Shown: positions 13,171-26,879, counted from the stretch's first letter. The stretch: 64,000 nt of DNA from Eledone cirrhosa (GCA_964016885.1 OZ024743.1:219108001-219172000); one strand, 5' to 3'. Program-made: numbers and translations. The notes: a model not told the origin generated them from the sequence alone.

Positions 13171-13869
13171 CATACAAGACCAGATGGACAAAACTAAATA
13201 TAGGCAGAAATTTCATGCCTTGCTTGAATATTCAAATAACCCAAGTTGCATTAATGGGACACAGCAGTCCCAACGATTAGAATATCATGGATTCACCATC
13301 ATCATCGTTTTTATGGGGTTTTTTCCATGCTTGCATGTTTCCACTGACTCCGTCCCATTATCATCTCCTCTGTGAGATCAGCTCTAACCACCTCTTCCCA
13401 GGTCGTCCTTGGTCTACCTCTACTGTGGCTTCTCTCCACTGGGATTTCCTGGCACTTCTTCGTCCGGCGTTCAACATCCATGCGCATCACATATCCATAC
13501 CAACGATAAACTTTCATAGGATGGAGGAAATTATATATGGATACATATAATTTCATAGTATCTGTTTCACATATAATATTAGTATTTACTGCTAGTGTGC
13601 ATCTAGCACATATGAAGTCTATCTTCTTCGTTAGCTTGCCCGTGATCCCAATACATGTTTGGAGTATTCATAGTTTTCCCTGTATGGAATTACTAAGTTA
13701 TAAATCAGGAAAAGGCTTAGCATTTACAACCATCTTCCTAGCCTATTCCCTGAAGTTTCTATAGCAAATATTTAGAGTCATTTAAATTACAAGAACTCTG
13801 GATGCCTTGATCCCTTTGTATTTTTGCACCATGCCCATATAATATGGTATATACACCATATATATAAAG

Positions 13870-14460
13870 AGTAGGTAATGAGTTTCAGGTAGGTGTTCAT
13901 CAGGGCTCATTCCTTAGCCCACTCCTGTTTAGTTCTCTAGACCATAACAGGAGTTTAAGACTGCCTGTCCATAAGAACTTATGTATGCTGACGACCTGGT
14001 TCTTATCGTCAAATCTCTGGAAAAGCTAGAAAAGAAATTTCAGCTTTGGAAGTTATATGTAGAACAGAGGTTTATAGAAACTCAATACGATGTACACAAT
14101 ATAAATCTTGAGTATACAAAAAGTGTAGTTGGATAACAGGTAGATTAACAGAAAAGGTAGACTTTGTATGTAGCAGATGTACAGAGATAGTCAGTAGTAG
14201 GAGCATCAGTGAAATAAACTTTTTCTAATCTTAGGAAGGATCTATTGAAGTGGTTGATAGCTTCTGCTACCGAGGTGATTTAATTAGCAGATGAGGAGAG
14301 TGCTCCGAGAGTATAGTAGTTAGAATAGGAACAAGATAGAAAATGTTCAGGGATCTACTACATCTGTTGACAACAAAAGGTTTCTCTCTGAGAACAAATG
14401 ACCAGCTGTATGATGTCTGTGTGCAATATGCAATGCTACGATGTATGCCAGCATGCTGCA
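13870..14460 (+). mobile_element. degenerate RTE LINE RT fragment
   Basis: nucleotide and peptide similarity to the 46983..49025 RT (GVHQGS, YADDL, FRDLL..KGFSL). Confidence 0.75.
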
Positions 14461-14931
14461 TTCCACTTACCATATCTATTTTATGTCTGAGACATGGGCA
14501 AAAAATCCAAACCCCATTTATAAGCCGGGGCAGCTAATGAACGCATTGTGTAGCTGGTATATATAAGCTCCCCACCCGCCAATGCTGTCCCCCTGGGGGG
14601 GGGGGGGGGGGGGGGCATGTACAGTAATTGTTTATTACAGAAAATCATAATTGATGAAAACAATATCAGCTGCCTTGAGATCTTTCTAGAAACATCCTGC
14701 TCTTTAGTTCGTGGGGGACTGGTACAGTATCTTGGATGCACACTGGGAATGTGAGGGACAAGCAGGTATGGGATGGGGTGCAAAAGCCTTTGCTAACCTG
14801 CTTATATGCTTCCAACTATCTGGCAGGTACCAACAGGATTTCCCAACATAGTTTACATCCACATAACTGAAATGAATACACAAAGAACACCACAAATAGT
14901 AGAAGCTAACAATATCAAAATTGTAACTCAC

Positions 14932-15033
14932 TGAACCATCCGAGGCACTGGCTCCAACTTTATCACCACGGTAATTCCAACAAACTTCAAATATTCCACC
15001 AGTTCCTCGGTAACTGTGTACCAATAATCCACT
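14932..15033 (-). CDS. TBL1XR1: TBL1X/TBL1XR1 exon (WD40)
   Basis: AG/GT bounded, 102 bp; [34 protein letters not shown]. Confidence 0.96.
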
Positions 15034-15900
15034 CTAAAAAAAATATGAAAACAACAAAATAAAATATTTATATAATCATCATCATTTCACATCAACTTTT
15101 CCATGCTGGCATGGGTTGGAAGCAATGTTTTTCATTCAAATGGCCTCACTGACACTAACTCTTTTGGCTACTTCTTATAACATCTAGAGATAAGGTGTAC
15201 CTATTATTTATGCACATGTACACACACACAAAAATTTAAAACCAAGAACTGAATTCAGAGATATGAAGAATATTTGTCCAACTTCTTGCATTGCTATAAG
15301 TAAAATCTTTCATGATTGATATGCCTGAATCAGCATTCATTCATGTGACCAAGTCACCTAGATTTATCAACCAAAATCCGTTGTGTTCTAAACACCTCTA
15401 AAATATATCATAGTTGTTTTACGAAACCAGTATAATATCACAGTTATTTTAGAAACATATTGAAACATACAGGACAGCTAAAGGTTAAAATATTAAAATG
15501 TAGGAAAAGAGGACCCTTTGGTCATGCCAAGGACTTGACAACCTCTAGTGCTGGTGTCATAATAAAATACACACAATACACTTTATAAAGTATTTGGCAA
15601 TTGAACAAAGGCAATATTTGATAGAGAGGGACTTTACAGTCTAAATGAGTGCATAAAAGGCTCTCTAGTGCTGGTGCCATGACTAAAATACACCCAGTAC
15701 GATCTGGAAAGCAGGCATAAAAATGGAGATCTAAGAGATAAGCTTAGACATTGTAAAATAAAGTTTTTCAACAACTATTGTATGACATGATATGCAACTG
15801 TCATTAAGTAATATTGTATCACACAACCATCAACTGTTTCTCTGGTTACTGGTTCATTTATTTCTTTAGATACTAAATGATAAAATCATCAACTATTTCT

Positions 15901-16263
15901 GAAGGTGCATGGCTTAGTGGTTAGAGCATTGGGCTTGCAATCGAAAGGTTGTGAGTTCAATTCTCGGACCGGGTGATGTGTTGTTTCCTTGAGCAAGACA
16001 CTTTATTTCACATTGCTCCAGTTTACTCAGCTGTAGAAATGAGATGATAGGACTGGAGCCCCTATCATTCCACTGCAAAGTGGTCGTGGAGGTGCCACGG
16101 CAAAAAAGCACCCGGCACTCACTGTAAATGTGGTTGGTGTTAGGAAAGGCATCCAGCTGTAGAAATCAAGCCAGAATCAGTTCCCGTATGAGCAAGACAA
16201 GGTCAGCCGACCGGAGACTGCCTATCCCACCCTTGCAAGCAGGGAATAGTGGATGTAAAATGA
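15901..16263 (+). mobile_element. SINE family A copy (longer tail variant)
   Basis: near-identical to 50652..50996 plus about 37 bp extra in the tail. Confidence 0.9.
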
Positions 16264-16724
16264 AAAAATTGATTTCTGACAGACTTAGTCAGCAACATTT
16301 ATTTATGTGGATACAGTTAAAAATTAGTGTCATCATTTTTATTAAATTAGAACGTGAGACTGGACATAAGTGAGACGGCAGATCCCTGGCTTGTCTGGGA
16401 GGTCAGTAGTCATTGCTTCAGACTTGGTCTATGTACAACCGTCCAACCCTTGCTAGCAGTAAAAGCGGACATTAAAATGATGATGTATCCAAATATTTCT
16501 CCACTATAAAATATATAAAAATATTGCAAACAGCAAAGCAGAAGCAGAAAGGATGAGAGAGGGGGGGGGGGGGGGTTACTGGAGATTGCTTCTTCAGGGA
16601 CACCCACCACCACCCTCCTTACTACTTGTCACAATATCAATAGGAAAAATTAGTTATTAGAAAATTGATCAGTGATTTTCTAGGAAACAAATATACAGTT
16701 CAAAATCAAGAAAAAAACTCTCAC

Positions 16725-16890
16725 CTGTACATTCCAGATGTGAACACATTTATCAAAGGATCCACTTGCTAAATATTTTCCATCTGGACTAAAAGCTACA
16801 CTATAGACAGGCTCTTGATGCTTCGTTAGTGTGTGGATACAAGAACCTTGCTCAACATCCCATAACCGAACTGTTGAGTCAAAACTTGCA
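16725..16890 (-). CDS. TBL1XR1: TBL1X/TBL1XR1 exon (WD40)
   Basis: 166 bp; [55 protein letters not shown]. Confidence 0.96.
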
Positions 16891-17602
16891 CTAGAAAGAG
16901 AAAAAGAAAAAAAATCTGTTTTGCTGGAATTGAATATTAATCTCTTTCAATTGAGCAAAAGGCTAAACTGTATAAGAAAGAAGAGCAACCCAACTGGCTT
17001 TGAATGTAGAAGGATCTAAGTACCTCTTTCATTTACTAATCTTACTTGACCTTCCAAAAATAAATGAGATAATGATAACATCCAAATAACAAACAGTAAC
17101 ATAGATATTTTCTTTAAGTACAACACCCCATAACAAAGAGACCCTACAGTTTAAATGCCAGAAGTTATTCAGGACATTTGCCAAAAGATTACTCAAAGTC
17201 AAAACTATGCTATGGAACCCAGGCTACTTTTCCTTGTGCCACCTTTACTTAGCAGTCGAATGTCCTACTACTAATTTTGCTCATAATTATAATTGCATTA
17301 TATATGATCTGATGAGTTGACAAAACTTTTTTCATGACACTTTTACTTACAGCATGTATGCACTTGTTCTGTGTGCATCCAATTTTGAAAAAATACACAA
17401 TTCTAAGAGGTTACTGCAATTCTCATGAGTGGAAAATATAATTATGAGGTTTTAATATTTTGATATCAAAAGTGTTTTAAGTGTTGTTTAGAGTATAGTT
17501 TTTGTTTCACAACCCCATTACATAATGATTTTTTTTACCAATTTCCAACTGTTTTGAAGGCCATATTCATTCAAAACATCAAAAACAATAGGAAATTCAA
17601 AT

Positions 17603-17902
17603 TTCACCTCCAAAGTGAAACCAGTGTAATATTCACCCCCAAAGTGAAACCAGTGTAATATTCACCCCCAAAGTGAAACCAGTGTAATATTCATCTCCAA
17701 AGTGAAACCAGTGTAATATTCACCCCCAAAGTGAAACCAGTGTAATATTCATCTCCAAAGTGAAACCAGTGTAATATTCACCTCCAAAATGAAACCAGTG
17801 TAATAGTCACCTCCAAAGTGAAACCTGTGTAATATTCACCCTCAAAGTGAAACCAGTGTAATAGTCACCTCCAAAGTGAAACCAGTGTAATATTCACCTC
17901 CA
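17603..17902. repeat. 29-bp minisatellite, 10 copies
   Basis: unit CCAAAGTGAAACCAGTGTAATATTCACC(C/T); cores at 17612, 17641 ... 17873. Confidence 0.97.
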
Positions 17903-18807
17903 GCGCAATGTTAAATTAACACGAAGTTGGTGAAAATCAGCAAAATATTGACCTCATATATATATAAGTCCACCCCTATTTTACCATCAATAATTTTTTT
18001 GTCATATATTTCTCAACTTATACACGAGTATATACAGTAACTAATATTTCTCATCAAATATGTACATATTTTGGAATTATCATATTAGTTAATAATCATT
18101 CTGGAATTTCTAGCAATATAGTTACTGTTTCACAACCATATGGTTTCCAGCTCAATTCCAATGTGGCCCCTTGGACAACAGTAGACAAATATCTCTACTA
18201 TAACCCCTGGATTAACCAATGTTTTGTGTGAAATTTGATAGACAGGAACTGTGTAGGATCCCATCATATGCGTGCCAGTGGTGTTAGTTCCACAGCTTAG
18301 CAGTTTAACAGGTAAAGACCAGAGGAATAAATACCATACTTAGAAAAATAAATAAGGGTTGCCATCAGGAAGGGCATTCGACTGCAGAATTTCTTCAAAA
18401 GTGTCTCATCCAATTAATACCAGCTTGGAAAAGCAAATGTAAAATCATTGATGGTGATGATGTCTTGGTGTAGTGCTAAGTACTATGAACACTGTCAGTG
18501 TTTCTATTTCTAGTGTAACCAACTTCGTTTAAGCATTCATTTCCAATTTATTCCTAGCTTAATATTTATTTGTATGATAATGAATTTCATTTTACATGAG
18601 CATAGCTATAGGTTCTTGTGTGATGTGTTACTGACCTTCAAATTAATATGGGCTGATTGTTCACCTAATGATAGCTATTCCTAATCCCAAATGGTCACAT
18701 AATTTACTACTTATTTAATCTTTGTTATGTTATATATATATATATATATATAACATAACATAAAGATTAAATAAGTAGTAAATATATATATATATATATA
18801 TATATAC

Positions 18808-18842
<35 letters not shown>

Positions 18843-18947
18843 AATTAAATGTCATACTATACATATAACTTAATAGTAAAAAAATTGTTACACAGTAACA
18901 ACTTTTTTTTAAAATAGATATTCCAGCAATAAAGCTTAGAAATTTAC

Positions 18948-19075
18948 CTAGCCAATATTAATGGGGCATTAGGGTTGTTAGTGCCTGGACCTGTAGGACT
19001 CCACTTAATCGTATAAATTTCTTTATCATGTGCTTGTAAATCATGGACGCACTGGTCTTGTCGCATACTCCATAT
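18948..19075 (-). CDS. TBL1XR1: TBL1X/TBL1XR1 exon (WD40)
   Basis: 128 bp; [43 protein letters not shown]. Confidence 0.96.
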
Positions 19076-19732
19076 CTGTGCAAAAAGAAAATAAGTAAAT
19101 AAATTCATTTTAAAATAGTTTGGCTAGTTTGAAAAAAAAACTAAAGGAAAGAAAAATTCTAAAACAAAATAAAGAAAAAAGATGAAAATAAATTTGAAAA
19201 TATTTCATGCATCCATTTTCCTGTAGCTGCAGCAATGTCGCAGCAAGACAGAAAATGACATATTGGTGGAAGGCAATATTTATTAGAATAGCTAGAACCA
19301 TAGAAACAGGCAGGCCGGGAAGGACTGGAAAAAGGGTGAAAAACAGAGACCACTATCAAATAGCTAGAACAAAATGAGGCTAGTATTCTCTGGTGGATGT
19401 GTCGTATTAATGTGCATGAACGTTACAGTATCATAAGTGAACTCACGTTAAAATAAACCTAGTACATTCTGTAAAGTAGTAGTGCTAGAGTCATGTTAAA
19501 ATACACCAAGTACACTCTGTAAAGTGGTAGTGTTGGTATCATGTTAAAAAGCAACACAGTACTATCTGTACAAGAGATGGCATCCAGTCATAGAAAATTT
19601 GCCAAAAAAAAAATTGTCATGGGGATTCTTCAGTTGTCAAAGACGTGACAACCTCTCTAGTGCCGGCACCATGATAAAATGCATTTGGTGCAAACCAGAG
19701 AGAAAGTGAGAGATTGCACAGGATTGTACACA

Positions 19733-19768
<36 letters not shown>

Positions 19769-20202
19769 GTGTGTGCGTGTGTACAATGAAAAAAATAAAA
19801 CAGCAACAAGTAGGATAGAATCAAAATTAAAGTTATTAGAATAATACTGAGAAGTAAAAATGTTACTGTTGATGTTTTTAGACTGAGACCTTCTTTGGAA
19901 AATAGATTGAGAATGAAAGAAATAATAAGACGAAAAATTGAGTAAAATTATATATGATAAAAGTTGAGATAAAAGTGAAAGGGTAGGTGGAGTGCTGAAT
20001 GGGAACAGACTGATAGAGGTATCAGAGTTGTCAGGAGAGAGAGAGAGAGAGAATAGTGACGTGTTGGTAAACCTCTCCTGAAAAAGATAGGGACATGTTC
20101 AGCAAAACAGAGAAGGGTGGTTGGGTTGGGTTGGGTTGAAGAGTGGTACAATGGTTGAAGGGTATTGTTTTACTATATTATGAAATTATAGCAATGGCTT
20201 AC

Positions 20203-20277
20203 CTTTAATGTCATATCATCTGAACAAGATGCCAGGAGTAAACCTTGTGGGTCCCATTTGATTGCATTTACTTCATT
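20203..20277 (-). CDS. TBL1XR1: TBL1X/TBL1XR1 exon (WD40)
   Basis: 75 bp; [25 protein letters not shown]. Confidence 0.96.
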
Positions 20278-20721
20278 CTGAAATTACATAGTTAGAATTG
20301 TGTGAACACTCACTTATATCAGTACATACATTTTTTCCATTCATAACATTAAAAAATAGATGTCAACAATATAGCATATTCTAAACACCAAATGTAGACG
20401 GCAAATTGGCAGAGTTGTTAGAACATAGGAGAATCAACCTCAGTACTGGGGTGGTACTTTTATTTTATCGACCTCAAAAAGACGAAAGGCAAAGTTGAAG
20501 TTGGCAGGATTTATACTCAAAGCACATATACTGCAAATCATTCTATCTGATGTTCTAACAACTCTGCCAATTTATCCCTTTGGTTCTGTTTTAAAATTCA
20601 CCTAAAAATGTTTCATCATAATTCTATGTAAGAACATTTGTTAAGCTGTGTTCCAAATATCAGCTTAATAATGAGTAAGATCAAAATTATTTGAAAATAG
20701 TAGGCAATGTCATTAGAAATA

Positions 20722-21110
20722 TATGAGGGTCAGCTGAAAAGTTCATAGGTTGACTATGAAGGATTGATGCTATGCATTAATTTCAACTCTTATTAAAAAC
20801 TGCATTTTTATTTTTTTTTCTGGAGTTCTGGAGACAATGTTGAAAATCATCATCATCATCATCGTTTGACGTCCATCTTCCACGCTAGCATGGGTTTGGA
20901 CGGGAATTGTCCCACGTGAGGCAAGATTGGTTGTCTTGCTCGTATAGGACTGTCTGGCGGGTTTTCTACGGCTGGATGCCCTTCCTATCACCAACCATGT
21001 TTACAGTGTGGACTGGGAGGTTTTTACCGTGTTACCTACACGGCCACATTACATGGTCATTCAATGAGAGTGTCTTGGTAAGCCTATGAACTTTTCCGCC
21101 AACCCTGGTA
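20722..21110. mobile_element. mariner MITE with nested RTE 3'-tail insertion (20846..21053, -)
   Basis: both TIRs with TA ends; insert is highly similar to the RTE 3' UTR 46609..46813. Confidence 0.85.
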
Positions 21111-21916
21111 TATACAAGAAACATTATAGAATGAGAGGATAATGTTTTGCAGTATTTAGTTAGATTTCTTCATCTGAGTCTAAATTCCACCATGACTGAC
21201 TTTGCCTTTTGTCCTTATAAGCACCCAAAAATAAAGCGGCATTCAAGTATTTGTCCTTACACGGTCACAAAAATAAAACACTATTCAAGTATATGTGGAG
21301 GTGTGTGGCCTAGTAGTAAGTGGGTTGGACTTAGGGTAATAATATTGTGGCTTTGATTCCTGGACTGGGTTATATGTTGTGTTCTTGAGCAAAATACTTT
21401 ATTTCACACTCCTCCAGTACACTCAGCTGAATATCCAAGGAGTGTTTTGTATTCTTAACGCCACAAAAACCAAAATAAGCACCAGCCTCCGGGTTCGAGA
21501 TAGGTACATTATACTTGTCTGAAGTCTATGCAAATCAAAACTTGAAAACAACACCATACACAATAATTTCATTATTATCATTTTACTATTAAAAGAAAAT
21601 TATCAAAAATTGTATGACTTTCATAATTCTTTACTACTTTGAGAATAAGATAAACAACTAAATAATAAATCACCAAGAACAGATCCTTTACATGGTCTCT
21701 TAAACTGCTAGAAATAGCAGACAAATATTCCTCAAATCACACATTCTATCATTTAAAAAAAAGGTATGGCACATTGGATAATATGGTCATGGGTGCATTG
21801 TGCCTGGAGAAAACAACAGGATAATCTTGACTAGAAAGATCTAAATAATAGGTCTACTAAATCGGGATCAACCTGACATCATGAAATATTCACAAAAATA
21901 TAAATACATTACTTAC

Positions 21917-22038
21917 TGTATGGCCTTGGAATGTTTTTATTGGTTTTTCCACACCTAATTTACAAACATGTATACACTGATCAGTTGAACAGGAAGCAAA
22001 ACTTGTGTTACTCTGCCAGTCAACGTCCAGCGCAGGAG
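21917..22038 (-). CDS. TBL1XR1: TBL1X/TBL1XR1 exon (WD40)
   Basis: 122 bp; [41 protein letters not shown]. Confidence 0.96.
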
Positions 22039-23332
22039 CTACAAAGGAAAGAAAGAGTTTCATTTGAATTATCATAGCGTAGTTGGGATAGGATAGGGGT
22101 CTCATCATAGGACTGGGGGCCTATGACAACACAGGGGTTCCATTATAGAACTGGGATCACGATAGAACTGAGAGCTATAATTAAAACACCAAAGAACCCT
22201 CCTTTGAGGTGCAATTTCATACAAGGGTTGGCTGAAAAGTTCATAGGCTGATTATGAAAGAGTGATGCTAGAGCTGTAAAATCTTTCATGCATTAATTTC
22301 TACTCTAAAAAGAGAAGAGATATTGGACAACGTAGTAAGGTAGACAAAAAATTTGAACCGTGGTGGTTGGAAAACCTTTAATCATTGGGGTTTTTTCCTG
22401 CTAGCAAGAGATGGACAGATCATCACAGACCAATCCAGTAGTTAATGAGAGCTAACTCTCAGGTAGACCGGTGGCTGCATCTCGCTTATATATATCTTCC
22501 TGCAATTTATAGAGTGCACTGATTGCATTTCATTGTCACCATGCTGTAACAGAAGGGACTCTCATCCCCCTCTTTAGCAAGGCCTTTCCTAACACCAACC
22601 ACTTTACAGGGTATACTGAATGTATTTTATCATGGCATCAGCACTAGGGAAGTTGTTAGTCATTCATTCGACAGAAGAGGCTATTCTGGGGGGGGGGGAA
22701 TGAATAAGTATATGACACCTTGGGTGACAGTAGATGGGGGTGGTGTAAGGAACAGGTATGGATATCATGGGTGTATGACACGTAGGGTGTAATTTAAAGG
22801 GACCAAGTGAGAGAAAGTATGGGGGGCAAGTATGATGTCATGGGAGTGTGGTGGTATTTTACTAGATGTGAGAGAGGACAGAGTAGAGGTGAGACCTCAG
22901 ATAGAGTGGATAGGGAGAGGGTTTTACTAAACAGCTATGACTGGTATTAACAGGAATGAGAATAGTTATCAAGGAGCAATGGCCAAAGAGGGTTATGAAT
23001 GGGTCAGATCACATTCGTATACTGGTAAGCAAGTTATCTCCAGTATAGCATGTTGCCAATCCTTTGTTATCTCTGTCATTTGATGCATCCTCCTACTGTA
23101 AATGTGGCTGGTATTAGGAACAGCATTCAGCCATAGAAACCAAGCAAAAATCAGTTCTGTATGAGCAAGACACTGTCATCTGATCTGGCTTATCTTACGA
23201 GACAACTTGTCTAACCCATGCTAGCACGGAAAGATGGACGTTAAATGATAACACACACACATACACATACATACCACAACAACAACAACAACAAAAGTAT
23301 GTAAAAATATAGATGAAATTCTCAGAACTTAC

Positions 23333-23393
23333 CAGAGTGAAATGCAAATTGTTGTGTACAGTGTCCTGAACTGGCATCCCATATAATTGTTGT
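23333..23393 (-). CDS. TBL1XR1: TBL1X/TBL1XR1 exon (WD40)
   Basis: 61 bp; [20 protein letters not shown]. Confidence 0.95.
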
Positions 23394-23608
23394 CTTAAAG
23401 AAAAGAAAAATAATAAAGATTAGGTTATATAATAACAAGCTATTTTTAAAAAGGACTCATTGTCTTAAGAAATCCTCCCAACTAACACATCAAATTATTA
23501 TATAATACACCTAGCTATCTCACCCACTCTTTCTTATTTTCAAAATTAATTGAAACAGATTGTCGGTGTTGTTATGTAGCATTTCTCTAACATGATCCAT
23601 GTGAAAGC

Positions 23609-25943
23609 CATCATCATCATCGTCGTTTAACGTCTATCTTCCACGCTAGCATGAGTTTAGACGGGAATTGTTCCACATGAGGCAAGATTGGTTGTCTTGC
23701 TCGTATAGGACTGTCCGGCAGGTTTTCTATGGCTGGGTGCCCTTCTTAACACCAACCACGTTTACAGTGTGGCCTGGAAGGTTTTTACCGTGTTACCTAC
23801 ACGGCCACATTACAGCGTGGACTGTGTTTTTTTGTTGTGACACCTACATGACCTCATTTTTTAGGACTGGATGTTGTGGCACCAACATAACTTTACAGAG
23901 AAAGGGGTGGTGTAGATGGGGGTGTATTTTTTTATTAGGAGGTGCCTACTGACTGTAGGTTTCACTTTGTACTTAGGCAAGGCGGGTCTTCTGTATTACT
24001 GCGGAGCACCCTCCACCACTGCTGATTTTGTCCCCCAGGTAACAGAAGATGTTCACTATTTCTATAGAACCATCTGGGCAATGAAAGGAGCTAGTATCAT
24101 GTGGGCACTTGCTACTACTTATTGCACCTGAGCACCAGCCACATATAAAATCTATGTTCTTAGTTAGCTTACCTGTGATGCCCCTACATCTTTTATGCAC
24201 CCATACTTTGCATTTGGGTCATAAAATGGAGTTTCTGTCTACTCCTTTCCTACACACTGAGCATGACCATTTCCCAGAGGGGACCAGTGCCCTATTTTCC
24301 TTCCTATATACTAGAACTTTAGTCTTAGACAAATTAATTTTAAGGCTTTTTGATTCTAGGTCATGCTTCCATGTTTGGAATTTCTTCTCTAGTTCAGTCA
24401 TTGATTCAGCTATGAGCGTTAGATCATCTGCGTATAGAAGTTCCCATGGGCAGCAGGTCTTGAACTCCTCTGTTATAGCCTGAAGGGCAATAATTAATAG
24501 GAGGGGGCTAAGGACAGACCCCTGATAAACACCAACTTTTACGCTAAATTCTTCACTATATTTGTTGTTAATTCTAACCTTGCTGACTGTTTCTTTATAC
24601 ATGGCTTGTATAGCTCTCACGAGCCATTCATCAACACCTAGTTTTCTAAGAGCCCATCAGATAATGGAGCGGGGGGACTCAGTCAAAGGCTTTCTCCAAG
24701 TCAACAAAAGCTAAGTATAGGGGGCTTACTTTTAGCTAGGTACTTCTCCTGTAGTTGTCGTACAATGAAAAGAGCGCCTGTTGTACTTTTACCTGACACA
24801 AACCCAAACTACATTTCATCTAGATCAATTCGCTCTCTGATTAGTTGCACTATAACTTTTTCTGTGACCTTCATGGCCTGGCCAATTAATTTAATGCCTC
24901 TATAGTTTCCCCTACCTAGGGCATCTCCTTTACCCTTGTAGCAGTTAATGATGATGCTGCTACGCCAGTCATTTGGTATGATTCCATTCTGTATGACTTG
25001 GTTTACTATCCGGAGACCATAGTGTGTCCCACCGATCCAGATGCTTTCAGCATTTCAGCAACTATCTCCGAAGGCCCAGCTGCTTTGCCTTGTCTTCATA
25101 TCTTTGATTGCCTTACTTATTATACTACCTTCAACTTGCACTGCTGGTCCCTCTATTGGATCGATTTGGGACAGACTATCTTTTTCCCACTTATTCTCCT
25201 CATTTAGTAGCCTCTCGTAGTGACAGTTCCAGGCTACCTTCTTATCAGTATCAGTAATGGCAAGTATACCATCATCATTACGGACACACTTCTCGCCGAC
25301 AATATCACGGTTTTCCTTGACACATTGTCTAGTAATCCTGAACACCTCACGTTTTTGGTCCTCGCGTTGTAGAATATGCTTGAACTTTCTTTCCTCTGCT
25401 TCCCTTCTTGCAAGGTACACTTGTCTCCTAGCTTCCTTCCTGGCCACTTGATAGTGTTCTCTACTTCCCCCATCCCACCATACTTTCCAAACTTGCTTTT
25501 TGGCCTTGACTGACTCCTCCACCTTACTGTTCCATCACCATGTTACTCTCCTCCTGCCTATAGGCCTGCTCCAGCCACAGATTTCATCTGTCGCGTTCAG
25601 CAGGTTAACTTTCAGGAATTCCCACTGTTCCTCTATACTGTACGTCTCTAATTGCTCTTCCTTACTGTCAAAAGCATCAAGTAGTATGCTTTTAAATTTG
25701 TTACTGGCTGTGGGGTCCTTTAACTTCCATATTTTTCTTCTCAGAGTAGTCCTCCTCTGTTGTCGAGTACGTCTCGTCCTGACTATGAGGCTATATTGGG
25801 AGGTGCATTCTTCGCGGGGGAGGGATTTAGTGTTTATAACAGATACTTTTGTCACGTCTTATGGTAAGGATATAATCTATCTGACTGGCGTGTTCTCCTG
25901 ATCAAGTGATTGTCTGTTTTTTTTTTGTTTTTTTTTTTTTGAA
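23609..25943 (-). mobile_element. 5'-truncated, degenerate RTE LINE, same family as 46609..50141
   Basis: ORF fragments with LLYADDL; same 3' UTR and (tca)n tail; frameshifts and an internal deletion of about 500 bp near 24000. Confidence 0.93.
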
Positions 25944-26243
25944 AGTATCACTAACAAAAACTTTTTATGATAACGATCATCATCATCATCATTGTTTAAC
26001 GTCTATCTTCCACACTAGCATGGGTTTAGATACATTTTAAAAACCAAAAATATATGTAATAAAAGACCGATAAGTTTCAAAAAAATATAAAAAGAAACAT
26101 CAGATAAAATAGAACAAAGTATGTTTTTCCCAGTGTATTTTCTACCATGTTGTACAGGCTTTTAGAAAATTATCAGTCTTTTGTTACAATTTTTTATTTT
26201 ATCTGCTTTTTCAACTTCAAAAAAATCTAAAAAAAGAACTTAC

Positions 26244-26341
26244 CTTATCCACACCAGCACTAAGAATATAATTTCCTCGTTTATTCCATTTCAGAGCAAA
26301 TATGGGTCCTTTATGTTGACCAAGAGTATTTACCAATTGGC
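26244..26341 (-). CDS. TBL1XR1: TBL1X/TBL1XR1 exon (WD40)
   Basis: 98 bp; [33 protein letters not shown]. Confidence 0.96.
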
Positions 26342-26879
26342 CTGCAATAAATCATTGAAAGATTTTTTTTATTGAATTTAAATATTAAATGCTTTGAAAT
26401 TAATTACAAAAACAAATAAATAAACATATGCTACTTCATAGCAAGTGTGATTGAAATAAAAAATATTACAAATGTAGTTAACCTAAAATTACGTAATACA
26501 ATACCTATTTGAACTCATTTTAACTTAGTAACATGATATTACTTAAGTCAAACATCACACATTGTAGGGAGGAAATGTGATTCAAAGTTCATAAATGATA
26601 TTTAGTATGACAAATTAAATAAATAAGGTTTAACTTTTTTTTAAATCAACTTGCCTAAAACCAACTCTAGTTGTTTGTTTTAAAAAGTTTGTATTTATAT
26701 TATAATTTATCATAATTAGTTATAAAAGCATTTTAGTTATGTTCTAATTATTAACATAAATGTCAAAGTTAGTTATTTTACTAAATTGACTGAGACACAT
26801 AAACAGTATTTCCTTAGAAATATGATAATAAAAAGGCTAAGAGAATCATGAGAGAATGAGGTGAACTAAACAAACAGTA

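Noticed and set aside
14704-14931. ORF extension past the TBL1 exon (106-aa ORF in the track)
   Set aside because: Similarity ends at a GTGAGT donor; the rest is intron read-through.
17603-17902. CRISPR-like array of 29-bp repeats with an internal palindrome
   Set aside because: Units abut with no unique spacers, there are no cas genes, and it lies in a eukaryotic intron: a minisatellite.
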